Shown here: positions 37,801 to 51,111 of the stretch, one piece after another | Position numbering within the stretch: position 1 is the first letter of the stretch | How the letters are laid out: each line of letters opens with the position of its first letter | Source: Calcarisporiella thermophila CBS 279.70 | Taxonomy: Eukaryota > Fungi > Calcarisporiellomycota | DNA length: 64,000 bases | Direction of reading: 5' to 3' | Assembly: GCF_041956535.1 (NCBI RefSeq) | Contig: NW_027192196.1 | Location: forward strand, 10,273-74,272 | Notes under the pieces: generated by a model | Databases searched by the model: none | What the model saw: the letters and a program-made list of their open reading frames with translations, nothing else | Told to the model about the DNA's origin: nothing | Program-made: the position numbers and the translations under genes

Positions 37801-39571
37801 ATTGTATATACTCGATCAAGGTTCGGAATTTATCGAAACTAAAGATAAATCAGTGAATAGAGTATATACACCCAAATTATATCTAATCGCCTACCGAATC
37901 ACCACATTACATGGCTGAATGTCGATTCCCTCCTCGACCACATTGGTGGCAAATAATAGGTTTACCTCTCCTTTTTGGAATCGCTCAATGACCTGGAGTT
38001 GCTGTTTGTATCGCATTCCTAGCATTTTCCGGGACTGACGAAGGCCGACGAGCGCATCGCATTTAATGAATGATAAGCCTTCTAATTCTTGTACCAGCCG
38101 CGTGAGTAAATGTGCAGTATAGCGACATTCTACGAACACAATGCAGCAGAGTGCTTTGCTATTGGTTTCATTACTAAACTCAGGACCAAGGCGTTCGAGG
38201 AGATTCAGAAGCTCCAGCACTTTTGGTGAGATCTGCTCTTCAGTCCTCCGAGGCGGCTCAAAATCATGTTCCGCTACTACCTGTGCTATGCGATGCCGGA
38301 AAAAGTCCTCCCGCTCCAATAGCTGTAGCTGCTCCAAGTTTTCAACAATATCCAGATCCAGCATCCAGCCATTAACGTCTTCGCCGTTCGCTTTGATAGT
38401 ACGCAGCGCCTCTTCGCACACAAACTGCCACATGTAGTCCGCGCACCAGGGTCCAAGAGTATTTAGGACGTTTTCAACAGTGCGGAGTACACTTGCAAAG
38501 CTTTTAATGTCTTTGGCCTCATTTAGGAATTGATTAAAGAGTGCAGTGGAGGGGTAGACCGGTGAAGGGTTATAGTAGATAAGGCTTTCTTGGGGAGTAT
38601 ATACATATTTGCGAATTTCGTCGAGATAACTGGTCGTAGAGAGTTGTGAGTCCAAATTTGCCTCCAATAAACTGTTATGGCACATTAATAGAGAAATAGA
38701 ATACCTGTAAGTATACCTTGGCTTAATAAAAAACATGACCAATTGAGAAACCTTACTTTGCGGATAAGATGATAGTCTTTTTTGAGTTAACAGGAGAGGC
38801 TGACATTCCAAATATCTTCGGTTTTTGTTGATCCTCAGGCATGCGCCGATAGAACTCGCTCATAATCAAACTATACGGATGCCGCTTCTTTGCATGATGA
38901 CACTCGTCAAATACGATGAGGCTCACCTATTGGAACGGAAATCATCATATAGCTGTCTCGTATCATATTTGCGAAAACATATAAACATTTACACACCTGA
39001 CTCATTTTTATATAGCCATGGCGGAGCATATTTAAGAATATCTGCGCAGTCATCACCATTATATCACTCCCATCTAATTTTTTATTCCAATCCTCCTCGC
39101 CCCAAATATCGATGCGCATAGAGCCGCAAAAGGGAGACACACGGTGGTCACAGTTCTCAGCGATAACGCCTGCTTGCTGGAAGACGAGATTAACATGGTT
39201 GACCAGAAAGAAAATCCATTTACGCTAGGCAGCATGTAAATTAGGACGTTAGCATAATAAAAATTACGCGTCATGGATTTTTGAATTACTTCGCTGGTGA
39301 CCGATTTCGAATTGTTTTCCCTGGCCATCATCTCATTGATAAGCATCACGGCGATGAACGTCTTTCCACTACCTGTGTCAAGGACCGCAATCGTGTTTCC
39401 ATCTCTAGCTTTCTCGAACAATTCCGTCTGGTAGAGTCGAGGCTGAAGCTTCGAGGATGAGGAATTAGGTTGAGGCTCGGCCTCGTGCAATGCGACCGCA
39501 CCGCCCTCCATCAAGGATGGATCCGTCGGCATGCCTGTGGCAGAATTATCGTCCTGCGTTTCAACTTTCAT
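34851..39571 (-). CDS. DCL: Dicer-like endoribonuclease (DExH helicase, DUF283, PAZ-like region, RNase IIIa/IIIb), multi-exon
   Basis: [89 protein letters not shown]. 3' end uncertain. Confidence 0.95.
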
Positions 39572-39752
39572 TCCTTGTCCATTCAATTATTAGGGTCATG
39601 TCATGGATTGGGTATTGCAAGCGGAAATAAAATTTGTATTATCCAGCTATTGAATTTTAGAATTTGTAGCCACAATTTCTCTGAATTTAAATAGAAAAAT
39701 AGCTGCTCTTTCGTCTTCAATCTGTGAGCCCTCCATGTTTCCTCATTAAGCA

Positions 39753-41472
39753 ATGCCATCCTTTCTATCCCTCATCTCTGGTCGTGCCCTTGGGATGTGG
39801 CGCCGATTGCCGCCCATCCTCCGCATTACCCTCATGACCATTCTTCCTTGTGTCCTAGTGTTTGGTCTTTTCTTTTTCGCTGTGGGGCGTATGCGATACT
39901 ATAGTTCAAGGCCACCCATGATTGTACAAGAGATTGTCAAGGTATCAAAAACTACGACTAGCATTCAGAGATTAGAAGTCAGTAGGCCGATTCAGGAATT
40001 CATGAATGGCGTATTCGATAACGTGAATGCTACCGCTCTTGGTCCTAATGGAGTCATGGTAATTACCTTGTTATGATTAGTCATAATCATATCATTTGAT
40101 GTGATGTGCATTCATTCACCTGCGAAATTACCCTCTTACCTGTACACTAGGGCATTCTTTATGATCGTGGTCTTGGCTGCGAACCTAACTCAGTCAATGA
40201 TACGGTGATTCCTTCTCCTCCCCTCCCCGTGCCACTGCCTCGCATTGCTCTTATCGGTCGCGGGGTTTGTACTTACGATAAAAAACTTCTCCTTGCCCAG
40301 CAGGATAATGCTATAGCAGCCATTGTGTACAGCAACCAGACAACTACTAGTCCCTTTATGGGCATCACACCTAATATTGTCAATATCCCTGCATTTGGCG
40401 TTTCATTGGAAGTTGGGCAGGAATTGCTCAAGCTATTACGAGAGTATAACAGTTCCAATAGTTCTAATCCCGAGGTAGTAGAGCGTGTACGGGTGACTAT
40501 GACGCCGTTTCTTACTTATACTCCTGGAGTATGGGAGATTACCCTTATTGTCGTGATTGTACTCCTATCTGTTTCATTCGGAACGTCAGGTGAGTGAGCT
40601 GAAGAAATAGAACGACGTTAATTTATTAATCTATCCGCGAATATTTGCACGTGCGTTTTCCAATATATTAATATGTGGCATGTTTTTTTTTTAGTGGCGG
40701 TACAATGCCATCTCTGGAGGACTCGCCACCTGCGACGCCAGCAGATTGCGCTCGAACTACAACATGCACGACGCCCTCCAAAAATCGTGGTGGACGCAGA
40801 GCATCTTGAGACTTTTCCAACGCGCGAATATCACCGTCCAACTACTCCTGTCCTTGAAACTGGCGAATGCTCCGTAAACCCCGCAGGTGCAGATGTGGAC
40901 GAGAAGCAAGATAATTCTTCAACGTTATGTGCGGTATGTCTAGAGGAGTGGGAGGAAGGCGACAGATTGCGGGAACTTCCTTGCTCTCACGTGTTTCATG
41001 TAGAATGTGTCGGTAAGTAGTATTTTGGGTCTTGCTTAACCTCAGGCCAGTTGTACTTATTTCAATTTATGGATTGCTAGACCCGTGGTTAACCACTAAA
41101 TCCGCTACATGCCCACTGTGTAAGCACTTGTGTGCGAAAGAGCTCCCTCCCGAAAAACCCGAAGAAATCGTCCTTCCTCAACGTAGACCTACGCTATTTA
41201 GCCATCCCTCTGCCCTCTTAGATCAATTTTTAGGTTTTGTTCGACGCGGGCCTCCAGGCCACAACCAGGACACTGCTCTACAATCAATAGTTGTGGACAG
41301 AAACCCGAATGGCGGAGAGGCCCAGTTACAGCAGGTCTCTGCCAGCACACAAACTGATAACCAAGCGTTTAGAGAAGTGGCTATTGAAATTCCCAATAGA
41401 GCAGCAAGCGTGGAATCCACGCCCCCATCACATACAAACCCTCCTATGCGACATGGATGTCGGTTTGTATGA
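39753..41472 (+). CDS. PA-TM-RING-H2 E3 ubiquitin ligase (RNF13/GRAIL-like), multi-exon
   Basis: N-terminal TM; PA domain [14 protein letters not shown]...AIAAIVYSN; second TM; RING-H2 CAVCLEE...[15 protein letters not shown]^DPWL...CPLCK. Confidence 0.88.
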
Positions 41473-42110
41473 TATTACAAAAATATTTTCCTCTCATTTA
41501 TTTATAAAAAGTCCCGATATTTGCCATATTTATTTTGTTTGTATTTTTACGATTTATTTTGATGCTTTTGTCGCACTGTGTTTTTCTTTCAAGTCTTCTT
41601 TCCCATTTATTTTACTATCCTTTATCAACAATGCCAGATTTTGATATTTCTTTCTGTCGACTTATATAAGCATTTCTAGGGAAAGCTTGGGCCTACATCC
41701 AAGTGACAGTATACAGGGTTCTGTTACACGACCATTTTAACTTGTGAGATTAACAACTAATGTTTGATATCGTACGCAAGTTTGGTGTTAATACTAGAGC
41801 ATGTATTGTCCAAAATAATAACTATATATTCCTCGAAATTGTTTGAGGTATCTATGTTGAACAAGAATGACTCAAGGAGGCACCTAAAATTTCATGTGGA
41901 TTGACGAGCTTATTTATATATAATTGTCCTATATGGTTGGAGGTGCTCAGCAATGTCCTCGTATTTCAAGTGGGGTAATACCTCTAATGATAAGACGGGA
42001 TAGTATATTATGCAAAATAGCATTTTAACTTAACAAACAGAGATTATATGTAGTCATCATTAATATTGTTTCTTAAAAATCGATGTTCAAGATGTGATGT
42101 CGTGTATTTT

Positions 42111-42332
42111 CTATTCTATTATCTGTTGTGTCAATGTTTGTTGCAACATTTGTTTGACGAATTGTTGCTGTTGCAATATTTGTTGTTGCAATATTTGTTG
42201 TTGCAATATTTGATGTGTGTCGTCTGTAGAAGATATTTCTTCATAGCCATTATTGACATACATGCGTCTTATGCACGTAACGACTATGAGACAAAATAAA
42301 TAGATACCAAACAAAATAAAAATTGTCCACAT
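42111..42332 (-). CDS. Possible small single-TM protein with QQQIL repeats
   Basis: MWTIFILFGIYLFCLIVVTC hydrophobic segment, then a 15-bp tandem repeat (about 42167-42212) encoding QQQIL; divergent from PLK4. Confidence 0.3.
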   Translation of the reverse strand: MWTIFILFGIYLFCLIVVTCIRRMYVNNGYEEISSTDDTHQILQQQILQQQILQQQQFVKQMLQQTLTQQIIE

Positions 42333-42543
42333 ATAAATATTTATGAAGTTTCTCAGGACCTTCGGTATTGAATTTGAAATAAAGGTGTAAAATACTTGCC
42401 TTCGAACCGCGTGACGTATATTTTTACGCGTTGAAATCATCGCAAATTCCTCGACTTATTCCGCATTTTATTTTACATTATTTCAAATACCATACAAACA
42501 AGTACTCCAATCTAATAATATCACCCTTAATTTCTTTATCTCA

Positions 42544-45284
42544 ATGGAATACGATGATTTCGGTCATCAAAATACGAACAGCATTAAAGACTATGAAATT
42601 GGCAAGCTAATAGGAAAAGGAGCATTTGGCCGAGTATACAAGGCGATTGGACGGCAAGGGCATTATGCTGGACAAGAGGTCGCGATTAAAATGGTAAATT
42701 GTATTCATTACTTTGCTCCTGCCTATTTATTCCGTTACTGATATTTACTTTAAATTACACCTTTGGTTATTATTTTTCTTAACCGTTTAGATTGACAAGA
42801 CACAGGCTCCTAATTTGAGAAAACGTATGAAGAGCGAGGTAGAAATTCATTGGAACCTACAACATCCCGCCATACTTTCTCTATACGATTATTTTGAAGA
42901 TGCCACTCATATTTATCTGGTGATGGAATTGTGTGAAAAAGGAGAGCTTTACCAATACTTGCAAAAGCGGGCACTATTATCAGAAGCTGAAGCTCGCGGA
43001 GTGATGCGACGACTGGTCGAAGGATTAATGTATTTACATAGTCAAGGGATCGTACATAGAGATCTAAAATTGAGCAATATATTGTTGACTAAGGAGTATG
43101 AAGTGGTAAGTATCGAATTAGCATCTTCTCTATTCGGTTGTTTGATGTTGTATACCTATGTCTCCTCTAGAAAATCGCAGATTTTGGATTGGCGACAAGA
43201 GTAAGAGGTTCATCAGCAGAGCAGATAACGATGTGTGGGACGCCTAACTATATTTCTCCGTAAGCCATATTGGTACTTTTTCATCCAACCTAGATCTCAT
43301 CTTTTATATTATATTATTCATTTTTTAGAGAAATATTGTCGAGACAACCCTATGGGCTTTCCACTGACGTATGGTCTCTTGGATGCATGCTGATAACCTT
43401 TCTTACAGGAAAGCCCCCCTTTGAGGTACTCTAATAATTTCTGCCTAATCTGCATGTTTCCTGCTTGACTAACTAGCCCTAACATTTACTAAATTATCTA
43501 TTGAAAAAAAAAATTAACAGAGCAAAGAGATGAAGAATACACTCGAGAGAGTTCAGAAAGCAGATTATAAGATACCTAGTCATCTCTCTATCGAAGCCCG
43601 TGATTTGATACACCGCATGCTTCAACCCGTATGCTATTACTCCACTTTGCTGCATCTTCTCATTGCGATTCATAACAATCTTGCCAAAACATCTCTGCTT
43701 TAGGACCCGAAACTTCGCCTTCCCCTCTCCCAGATCCTTATTCAGCCTTTTTTTGACTCGCATCGCAGTGTTATCCCTTTAAGCGATCCTGAACTTCTAT
43801 TGGTAAGAACATTGACATCAGAGGAGCGCAAGGCGCGAGCTGAATTAGTACGCGCACAACAACAGCAGCATATGCTGGGCACCGGCAAATTTCGTCATCA
43901 CTTTGAAGAGAACCAGGAGAGAATTGACCCAATTTCTCACAAAATATCTTGGCCGTCAGCCCAAGAGAGGGACTCTTTGCACTTGAATCCGATGAATGTT
44001 CACGAGATCCAGAAGCTACCATCTATAATTACTGCAAATTCCACGACCATGACCAATGCTACTTCAACTGGAGTCACAAGCCCGGCTAAAGTGAACACCA
44101 TTCGCCTCAAGCCTATCCGTCAGCAGACACGTCATGGTCGCGTTGAAATTCTGCCTAATAAGCGTGTGCTTGTTGATTTTTCGGATTCAAGGCATCCTAT
44201 GATTATTTCCTCGGATGGTGAAGTAGTGGATGTGTATGAACGAGGGAGCGCGAGTGTGAAAGACTGGGCTTGGGAAAGCGCACAGCCACTAAGAACATAT
44301 CGCTATACAAATCTACCGCCCAAGCTAGCGAAACGCTACCGCTACGCTTGCCGCTTCATCGAGCTTATACGCAGCAAGACACCCAAGGTCATCTACTACT
44401 CCCCAATGGCTAAGTGCATGCTAATGGAGCAACGGGATTTTGAGATGATTTGGCACAATGGGACTCGAATCCACCACTCCGTCACTAAGGACGTGCTTGA
44501 GATTAAAAAGGGTGAACAAGTACATCGACTCTCAACGCGAGAACGGACCCTATCAGTGAGTTCGGAGCTCGCCAGTCTACTGCAGCATGCAAAAGAGTGT
44601 TTGCGACAATGTCTAGAGGCAGAGAGGACGGAATCGCACTTTCCGCATGTGTTTGGGAAAGACATCAATGCATCTAAAGCCGACCGTCCGCGGTCTCTTG
44701 ATTATGGGCTGGGCAATGCAAGATGCGAAAAAGCAAGTGACTTAGGTAGGGGCGGTAGAGTTAATCCATGCGACAGAGAGAAGGAAAATGTATTTGGTGG
44801 ACTAGTCAAGGGGAACACCATGGAACGAATCGCAAGATCTGGGTCCTTGAGCTCGCGAACTCCCGAGACGAAAATGCACGACAGCGGAGTTGCTGTCACG
44901 AATTTCTTAACAGCTACGTCTATTAGTTCCAATGTTCCCAAATATGGCTCTGCACCCTCGGCTTCATTCCCCTCTTCACTCAAATCCACCCGTGATTCCA
45001 ACCCAACAACCCCTTATGCGTCATCGCCTATATTCTACTTTATGGAAGGTATAGGATGGTGTTTCAAGCTCCCTGATGCATACTATCTTTGCCTTTCGGC
45101 GGGAGATCGCCTCGAGATACACACGCGTCAGCATTCCGTGATCTATTATCCACGCGCAGGTGGAAAAGAGGAGTACTATCCGATTGATGAGTATCTACCG
45201 GATTATGTGGAGGAGAAACTGGCCGTGTTCCGAATATTTGCGCAAAAGTTTAACAGTGGGTCTGAGCCTCGTTGGTGGGTGTGA
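42544..45284 (+). CDS. PLK4: Polo-like kinase 4 (SAK/PLK4), multi-exon
   Basis: Kinase [38 protein letters not shown]; cryptic polo box [10 protein letters not shown]...VEIL...[18 protein letters not shown]...KCMLME; PB3-like GIGWC...LPDYVEEKL. Confidence 0.9.
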
Positions 45285-45738
45285 ATGGGTCGTCTTTATT
45301 TTTTTTTCTATCTGTACTTATATAATTTGGATTGCGCTGTTGCATTTTTTAGTGTTTTTCTCGTTGTTTGCTGTTCGTTTGTTAATTGTTTTTGATATTT
45401 GTTTATTTGATATCCTTGTTTATGTCCTGTAGACACACCCTCTAACATTCCCCTCCTTCATACCAAGCAAAAAAGAATACAAAAAAAATCTTTGTATTTA
45501 TTTGAAACAATAAAAATATAATATAAACTAAAGTATTTGTATGGCTACTTAGACTCTCGAAGGAGAGCGCAGAGGATAAAATTACTGAAAATAAAACGAT
45601 GAAGATCCGAAGAACCCTATCCCGCTTCTATTCCCTTACATAACGCCTGGTTAAGAAAAAAAAAAAAAAAAAAGAAAAAGAAAAATAAAGATAAGAATGA
45701 AGCCCAGCTCGGACGGGATAGAATTCCTCGCGTTTCAT

Positions 45739-47153
45739 TTATTTGTCCATCTGCATATAGCTGTCCATCTCCGCGTCCAACTCTGCAGCAGACTTGGCCT
45801 GCTTGCGATCACCCCCTCCTCGACGTCTACCACCACGACCTCCGCGCCCACCTCTGCCACGACCTGTCGGGCGCCCACCTCTGCCACCAGTCTTCGGGGC
45901 ATTGGCCGCTGCGGGCGCCACCTGTGTAGGAACCATCATGTTCATAACGGCAGAACCTGGGTTGAGCACCATTTCGATCTTCATTGGGCGACCTAGAAAA
46001 ACGTCGAATAACCCCGGTCAATGACATATAGCTACGGATGAGGAGCTGATGCGGAATTACCATCAAGTGTCACGTTGTGGAACTTGTCGAAGGCCTTGGC
46101 GGCATCTCCAGCACGCTGGAACACAACGGATGCAGTGCCCTTGCTACGCCCGTTCTGGTCATAATTGAGATTCACCTTGCGAAGTGGGCCGATTTGTGTG
46201 CTGAAGAGCTCCTGCGGTTGGTTGGATCAATGGGTAGGAGAAAAAAAATAAAGGAAAAATGTATGAATGAGGGTTCGAACCAAGATATACGGAAAAAAGA
46301 TGAGAGGAAAGTGAGTATGGACGACGCAGAAAGGTTGAGGGAGAAGGAAGGAGGGAGAAGGAAGGAGGGAGAAGGGAGGAGGGAGAAGGGAGGAGGGAGA
46401 AGGGAGAGGGGAGAAGGGAGAAGGGGAGGGGAGGGGAAAAGAGAGGAGTAAGTTTGGGTATCGAAGGTGGAGGTATCAAAAAATAGGGGGATAGGTATTA
46501 ATCAAATCTAAGTAGGATAAGGGGATATCATTTTTCCTAATCTTCTTCTCAAATGTTACCACAATGGCTTTGTTCGTTCGTGATCAGCTCACAGGCAGCC
46601 ATGACTCATATCCACTAGACGCATGTTGCGGATCCAGATAGATGATCACACGAACGAGACATTGCACGAACCAGAACAGCCTTCGGAGGATTTCTTTTTT
46701 CCCCAAATCTGATGATCAGAGATGATGGGGAAAAATTTGCAGAGGGGTGATAGAAAGGAAGAAGGAAAGAAGAGAGGAAGGAGGAGGGGAAGGAATCGTC
46801 GTCTGGGGTTGCCAAACTCACTCTCCGGTATTCGGACATCATACACACACACGCAAGCATAAAATCTGAGATTTAACTACCTTGAGATCCGTTTCTGTTA
46901 CATCAAAATGCAGATTAGAGATGACAATTTTTGAACCTTCGCCCGCAGCAAGCTGTTGTTGTTGAGCGGCAATCACTTGGCTTGGCATCGAATACGGGGC
47001 TGCGCGTTGTCCGGGGCGGAAAGGTTTAACAGCGGAGCGCTTGTTCACCCCACGACGGGGGCTGCGGCCAGGTGCAGGCCGCTTATTAACTGCCCTACGT
47101 TGAGCTTTGTCATTAGTGATAATATCATCAAGGGACATATCAAGGCTGGCCAT
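45739..47153 (-). CDS. YRA1: mRNA export adaptor Yra1/ALYREF (REF family RRM protein), 3 exons
   Basis: N-box LDMSLDDII; RRM KIVISNLHFDVTETDLK^ELF..IGP...YDQNGRSKGTA..F...LDG^RPMKIE; RGG region; C-box KSAAELDAEMDSY. Introns 46880..46212 (669 nt) and 46060..45993. Confidence 0.93.
46330..46450. repeat. GA-rich (GGGAGAAGGGA-like) low-complexity tract; polypyrimidine on the YRA1 pre-mRNA
   Basis: Almost pure purine run on the + strand inside the YRA1 long intron. Confidence 0.9.
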
Positions 47154-47445
47154 GATGGAGTTGTGTGAGTTCAGGAAAGAATAGGGAAAAAAAGGATGAA
47201 AAGCAGAGATCAGCACTACTTGTTATTTTATGAGCATAAAAAATATTGGCGACCGAAGACGTCATCAGTTTGCCCTCAACTTAAATCACAAAGTATCAAT
47301 ATTGGAGTAACGACAAATTGTTTCGACTCATATGCTTTTTTCATTCTATAAGTTGAGCGGACGCGTCCATTTCCCAACCCCTCGTATTTCACTTTCACTC
47401 TCCTATTCAACAGTACAACCTCTTAGCGTGTGCTTGTACCGCACC

Positions 47446-50400
47446 ATGGCAACATCCTCTCAACCGCAGCAGCCCGAGTGGCACCAACCCAAAGTTACAG
47501 TCGAGTCTCCGAGACTAAAGCTCTTCAACTCGCTCACTCGCAGCAAGGTACCTCCTACCGCCCTCTCTCTCTCGGCTTGACGCTGACTTTAACTGTGACG
47601 GTTGTCTTATGGGTCTATCCAATTTGCTTTTAACAGAATGAATTTCAGCCGGCTAAGGGAAAGCAGGTCACATGGTACAACTGTGGACCGACCGTATATG
47701 ATGCAAGCCATATGGGGCATGCAAGGTAAGTTTTGGCTATTCTTAGCCTAATACAAGTGTATCTAGCTTACCGCCCAAACACCTACCCGATTCATAGAAC
47801 CTACCTCACCATGGATATCATACGCCGCATCTTACAGAGCTATTTTGGCTATGATGTATTTATGGTTATGAATATCACGGATATCGATGACAAGGTTGGC
47901 ACTTTTCCTCCCGGATTATCTCTGCTATCCTCCAGAGAACTTAAGCTATTTTTCATATATAGATTATTTTGCGAGCAAGGCAAAACCATCTCTTTCAGAA
48001 GCTTAAATCCACTACAACGGTGCTTTCTGAGGATATCATCAACCGCATAGAAACAGCGTGGGTCGAATTTGCCCGTTCTAAACTCCCCCTCCCGCCCGGC
48101 TGCGAATGGCAGCTTTCTCACTGGAAATCCTTCCAAGAGAGGATGGACGCCAATGATCGAGCGGAGGCCAAGAGTGCTGCACTAACTGAACCTAAATTCC
48201 CTATGTATTTTACTGCATTGGTAACCAGATTTTCTCTTTTATACTTTTTACCCCTACTAATAATTTTGTCTCCATCTACATTAGAAAACCTCCTTTGAAG
48301 CACTGTCCGCGGCAAAAGATGCCCTTAGCAAAGGTGACCGATCAAAGGAGATTGTAGACACTTTATTAGAGAACTCACGGGATGTGATCTCACCGCTCCT
48401 TGACAAAGAGGTTATTTTTTACACACTACTGGTCTAGTGATTTATTGAGTTGATTTTCTAACCTACCTACCATGATTAGGAAGGAGCAACCGTGACGGAC
48501 CCCAAGATTTTCCGAGACACCGCTGCTTACTGGGAAAATGAGTTTATGAAGGATATGGAGGCCCTCAACGTGCAGCCCGTCGATGTGTTGACACGTGTGA
48601 GCGAATACGTTCCTGAAATCGTGACTTATATTGAAAAGATTATTGCCAATGGATATGCGTTAGTATTGATATGTTGAGTAGAAAGTAGCCATCCGCTTAC
48701 CTTCCTTTTAAATTATATTATAGTTATGAAGCGGAAGGCTCAATTTATTTTGATACCACTGCTTTCGATGCAAAGCCAGAACACCACTACGCAAAGCTTG
48801 AGCCCTGGTCTCGTGGGAATATGAGCCTCATCGAGGAAGGAGAAGGTGCGACATTTTTTTTTTCAAACCCATTTTCAAGGCGCACTTCTAATTCCTATAT
48901 CTACTAGGCTCACTCGGATCTAAACTTCAGGGCAAAAAGAACGCTTCTGACTTTGCATTGTGGAAAAAGTCAAAACCCGGAGAACCCGCTTGGCCCAGTC
49001 CTTGGGGTGCAGGACGACCGGGATGGCATATTGAATGCTCTGTCATGGCAAGGTATTGAAAAACGTTGCTGCTCTCCAAATCATGTTTTTTAACTTTTTT
49101 TCTATATTTTCAGTGAGGTGCTGGGTTCCAACTTGGATATCCATTCAGGTGGAAGCGATCTAGCATTCCCTCACCATGACAATGAACTAGCTCAGTCTGA
49201 GGTCAGTGTTCTTCGTTGTGGATCTTCTGATAGGAACTATATATATTTTTCTATATTCTAGGCATATCATGGCTGCCCACAGTGGGTCAATTACTTCTTG
49301 CACGCCGGACATCTCCACATCGAAGGCCAGAAAATGTCGAAGAGTTTGAAAAACTTCATCTCTATTAGAGTTAGTTTTTCTCATAATTGTATATCGATAA
49401 ATCTTTCTCCCATTTACAACTATTATCATTCAGGAAGCGTTGAAGAAGTATAGCAGTCGTCAGATTAGAATGTTGTTCCTCATGTATCAATGGAATGCTC
49501 GTTTGGACTTTGGCGATTCCAGCATGACAGAAACTATCAGTGTGGAAACAGCTCTTAACGTAATTATTGAAAATGGGCCTTCTCCCGCCCTTTGCTCCTC
49601 AGTACTGACCTACCTATTTTATGTCATATTGAACGCTATAGAACTTCTTTACGAATGTCAAGGCTATTGTTGCTGAACACCGCTCCCAGGGACTGCACGT
49701 GCTTTCGGAGGGAAGTCACCAGTATCGCAAAGATGAAAAGGGACTTATGGACACGTAGGACTTTTGATTACTATATAAAAAAAATGGTTGGGAAAATGCT
49801 AATATAGATCTCTAATATTTGTGACATACTTTATAGACTCTTGGAGAAGCAGCGGCTCGTCCATCTGGCCCTCTGCGATAACCTCAACACCCCTGCTGTG
49901 ATCTCGGAAATCATGGATCTTGTCTCTACTACCAACGTATATCTGAAGCGCGGCCGACGCGAATTGAACGTGCCAGTGGTGGAGAAGGTGGCAAGATGGA
50001 TCACCTCACTCATGAAGACCTTCGGTCTCGCGGACGAAGGGGCCACCATTGGATGGGGAAATGTGGGCGAAAATGGAGTAGGCAATACTGAGGAGCTGGT
50101 GCTGCCGTATGCGAGAGCCCTATCCGCCTTCCGCGATAACGTGCGCAAGATTGCCATTGCCAAAGGAGGTAAATCCATCTCAGCTTATCATGAGTTAGAA
50201 TAGTAAACCTAAGTTCACACTTCTACATAACCAGATCATAAGGAGCTCCTTGCCCTCTCCGATAGGCTTCGTGACGTAGACTGCGTGGAGCTCGGAGTCC
50301 TTCTTGACGATCAGGAAGACGGCAAAGCCCTTGTCAAACTCGTTCCCAAAGAAGAGCTTCTACAGGCTCGTGAGCAGAAGCTTGCCCTTGAAGCACAGCG

Positions 50401-50674
50401 CGCCGCAAAGGCACTTGCCCAGCAGCAAGAGCGTGAGCGAAAGCGCATCGAGAAACTAGAAAAGGGCCGTGTTCCACCAGAGCAGATGTTCCGCGAGCGA
50501 ACGGATGAATTCTCCAAGTTTGATGAGCAGGGATTGCCCACCCATGATGCAGAGGGACAAGAAATCACCAAAAGTCGGTCCAAGAAGCTACTGAAGGAGT
50601 GGACCGCGCAGCGTAAATTGCACGAAGAGTTCCTTGCTTGGCAGGTACAGGAGCAAAAGACGTCCTCCAACTAA
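47446..50674 (+). CDS. CARS1: Cytoplasmic cysteinyl-tRNA synthetase, multi-exon
   Basis: [99 protein letters not shown]. Confidence 0.96.
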
Positions 50675-51111
50675 TAGACTGTTGGGAGATATACTGGTCT
50701 TTTATAAATTGCAATCTATGTGTGAAATCATCCAAGCTTGTTTTATTAGCGGACAGCTCTTCTTGTATGGTCATTTTAGCACGGGCAACTATAATTCTTT
50801 CGGTTGTTTAGGGTGGAACTTGAGTGTGTCTATGGCTAAGGGTCTTTTATTTTTCTTTGCCTAATCATTAGATTAATAATCTTGCCAACTTGAGTTATTG
50901 AGTCAATAAATTGTTTCTTTTTCTAGCATTTGCCATCCCCCCAAGTACATAGACTTATTGGATCATGTGAAATCGAGAAAAAGGTTAGTTGCGCCGGTTG
51001 CCTTTTTCACTCTTCACTTTCTCAGTTCAAATTTTGCAGTCACAACTATATGAAAGGGAGTGGCAAAGTATTTCTCTCCTTGCTACACTTTAGTTAGAAT
51101 TCGTTTCAATT

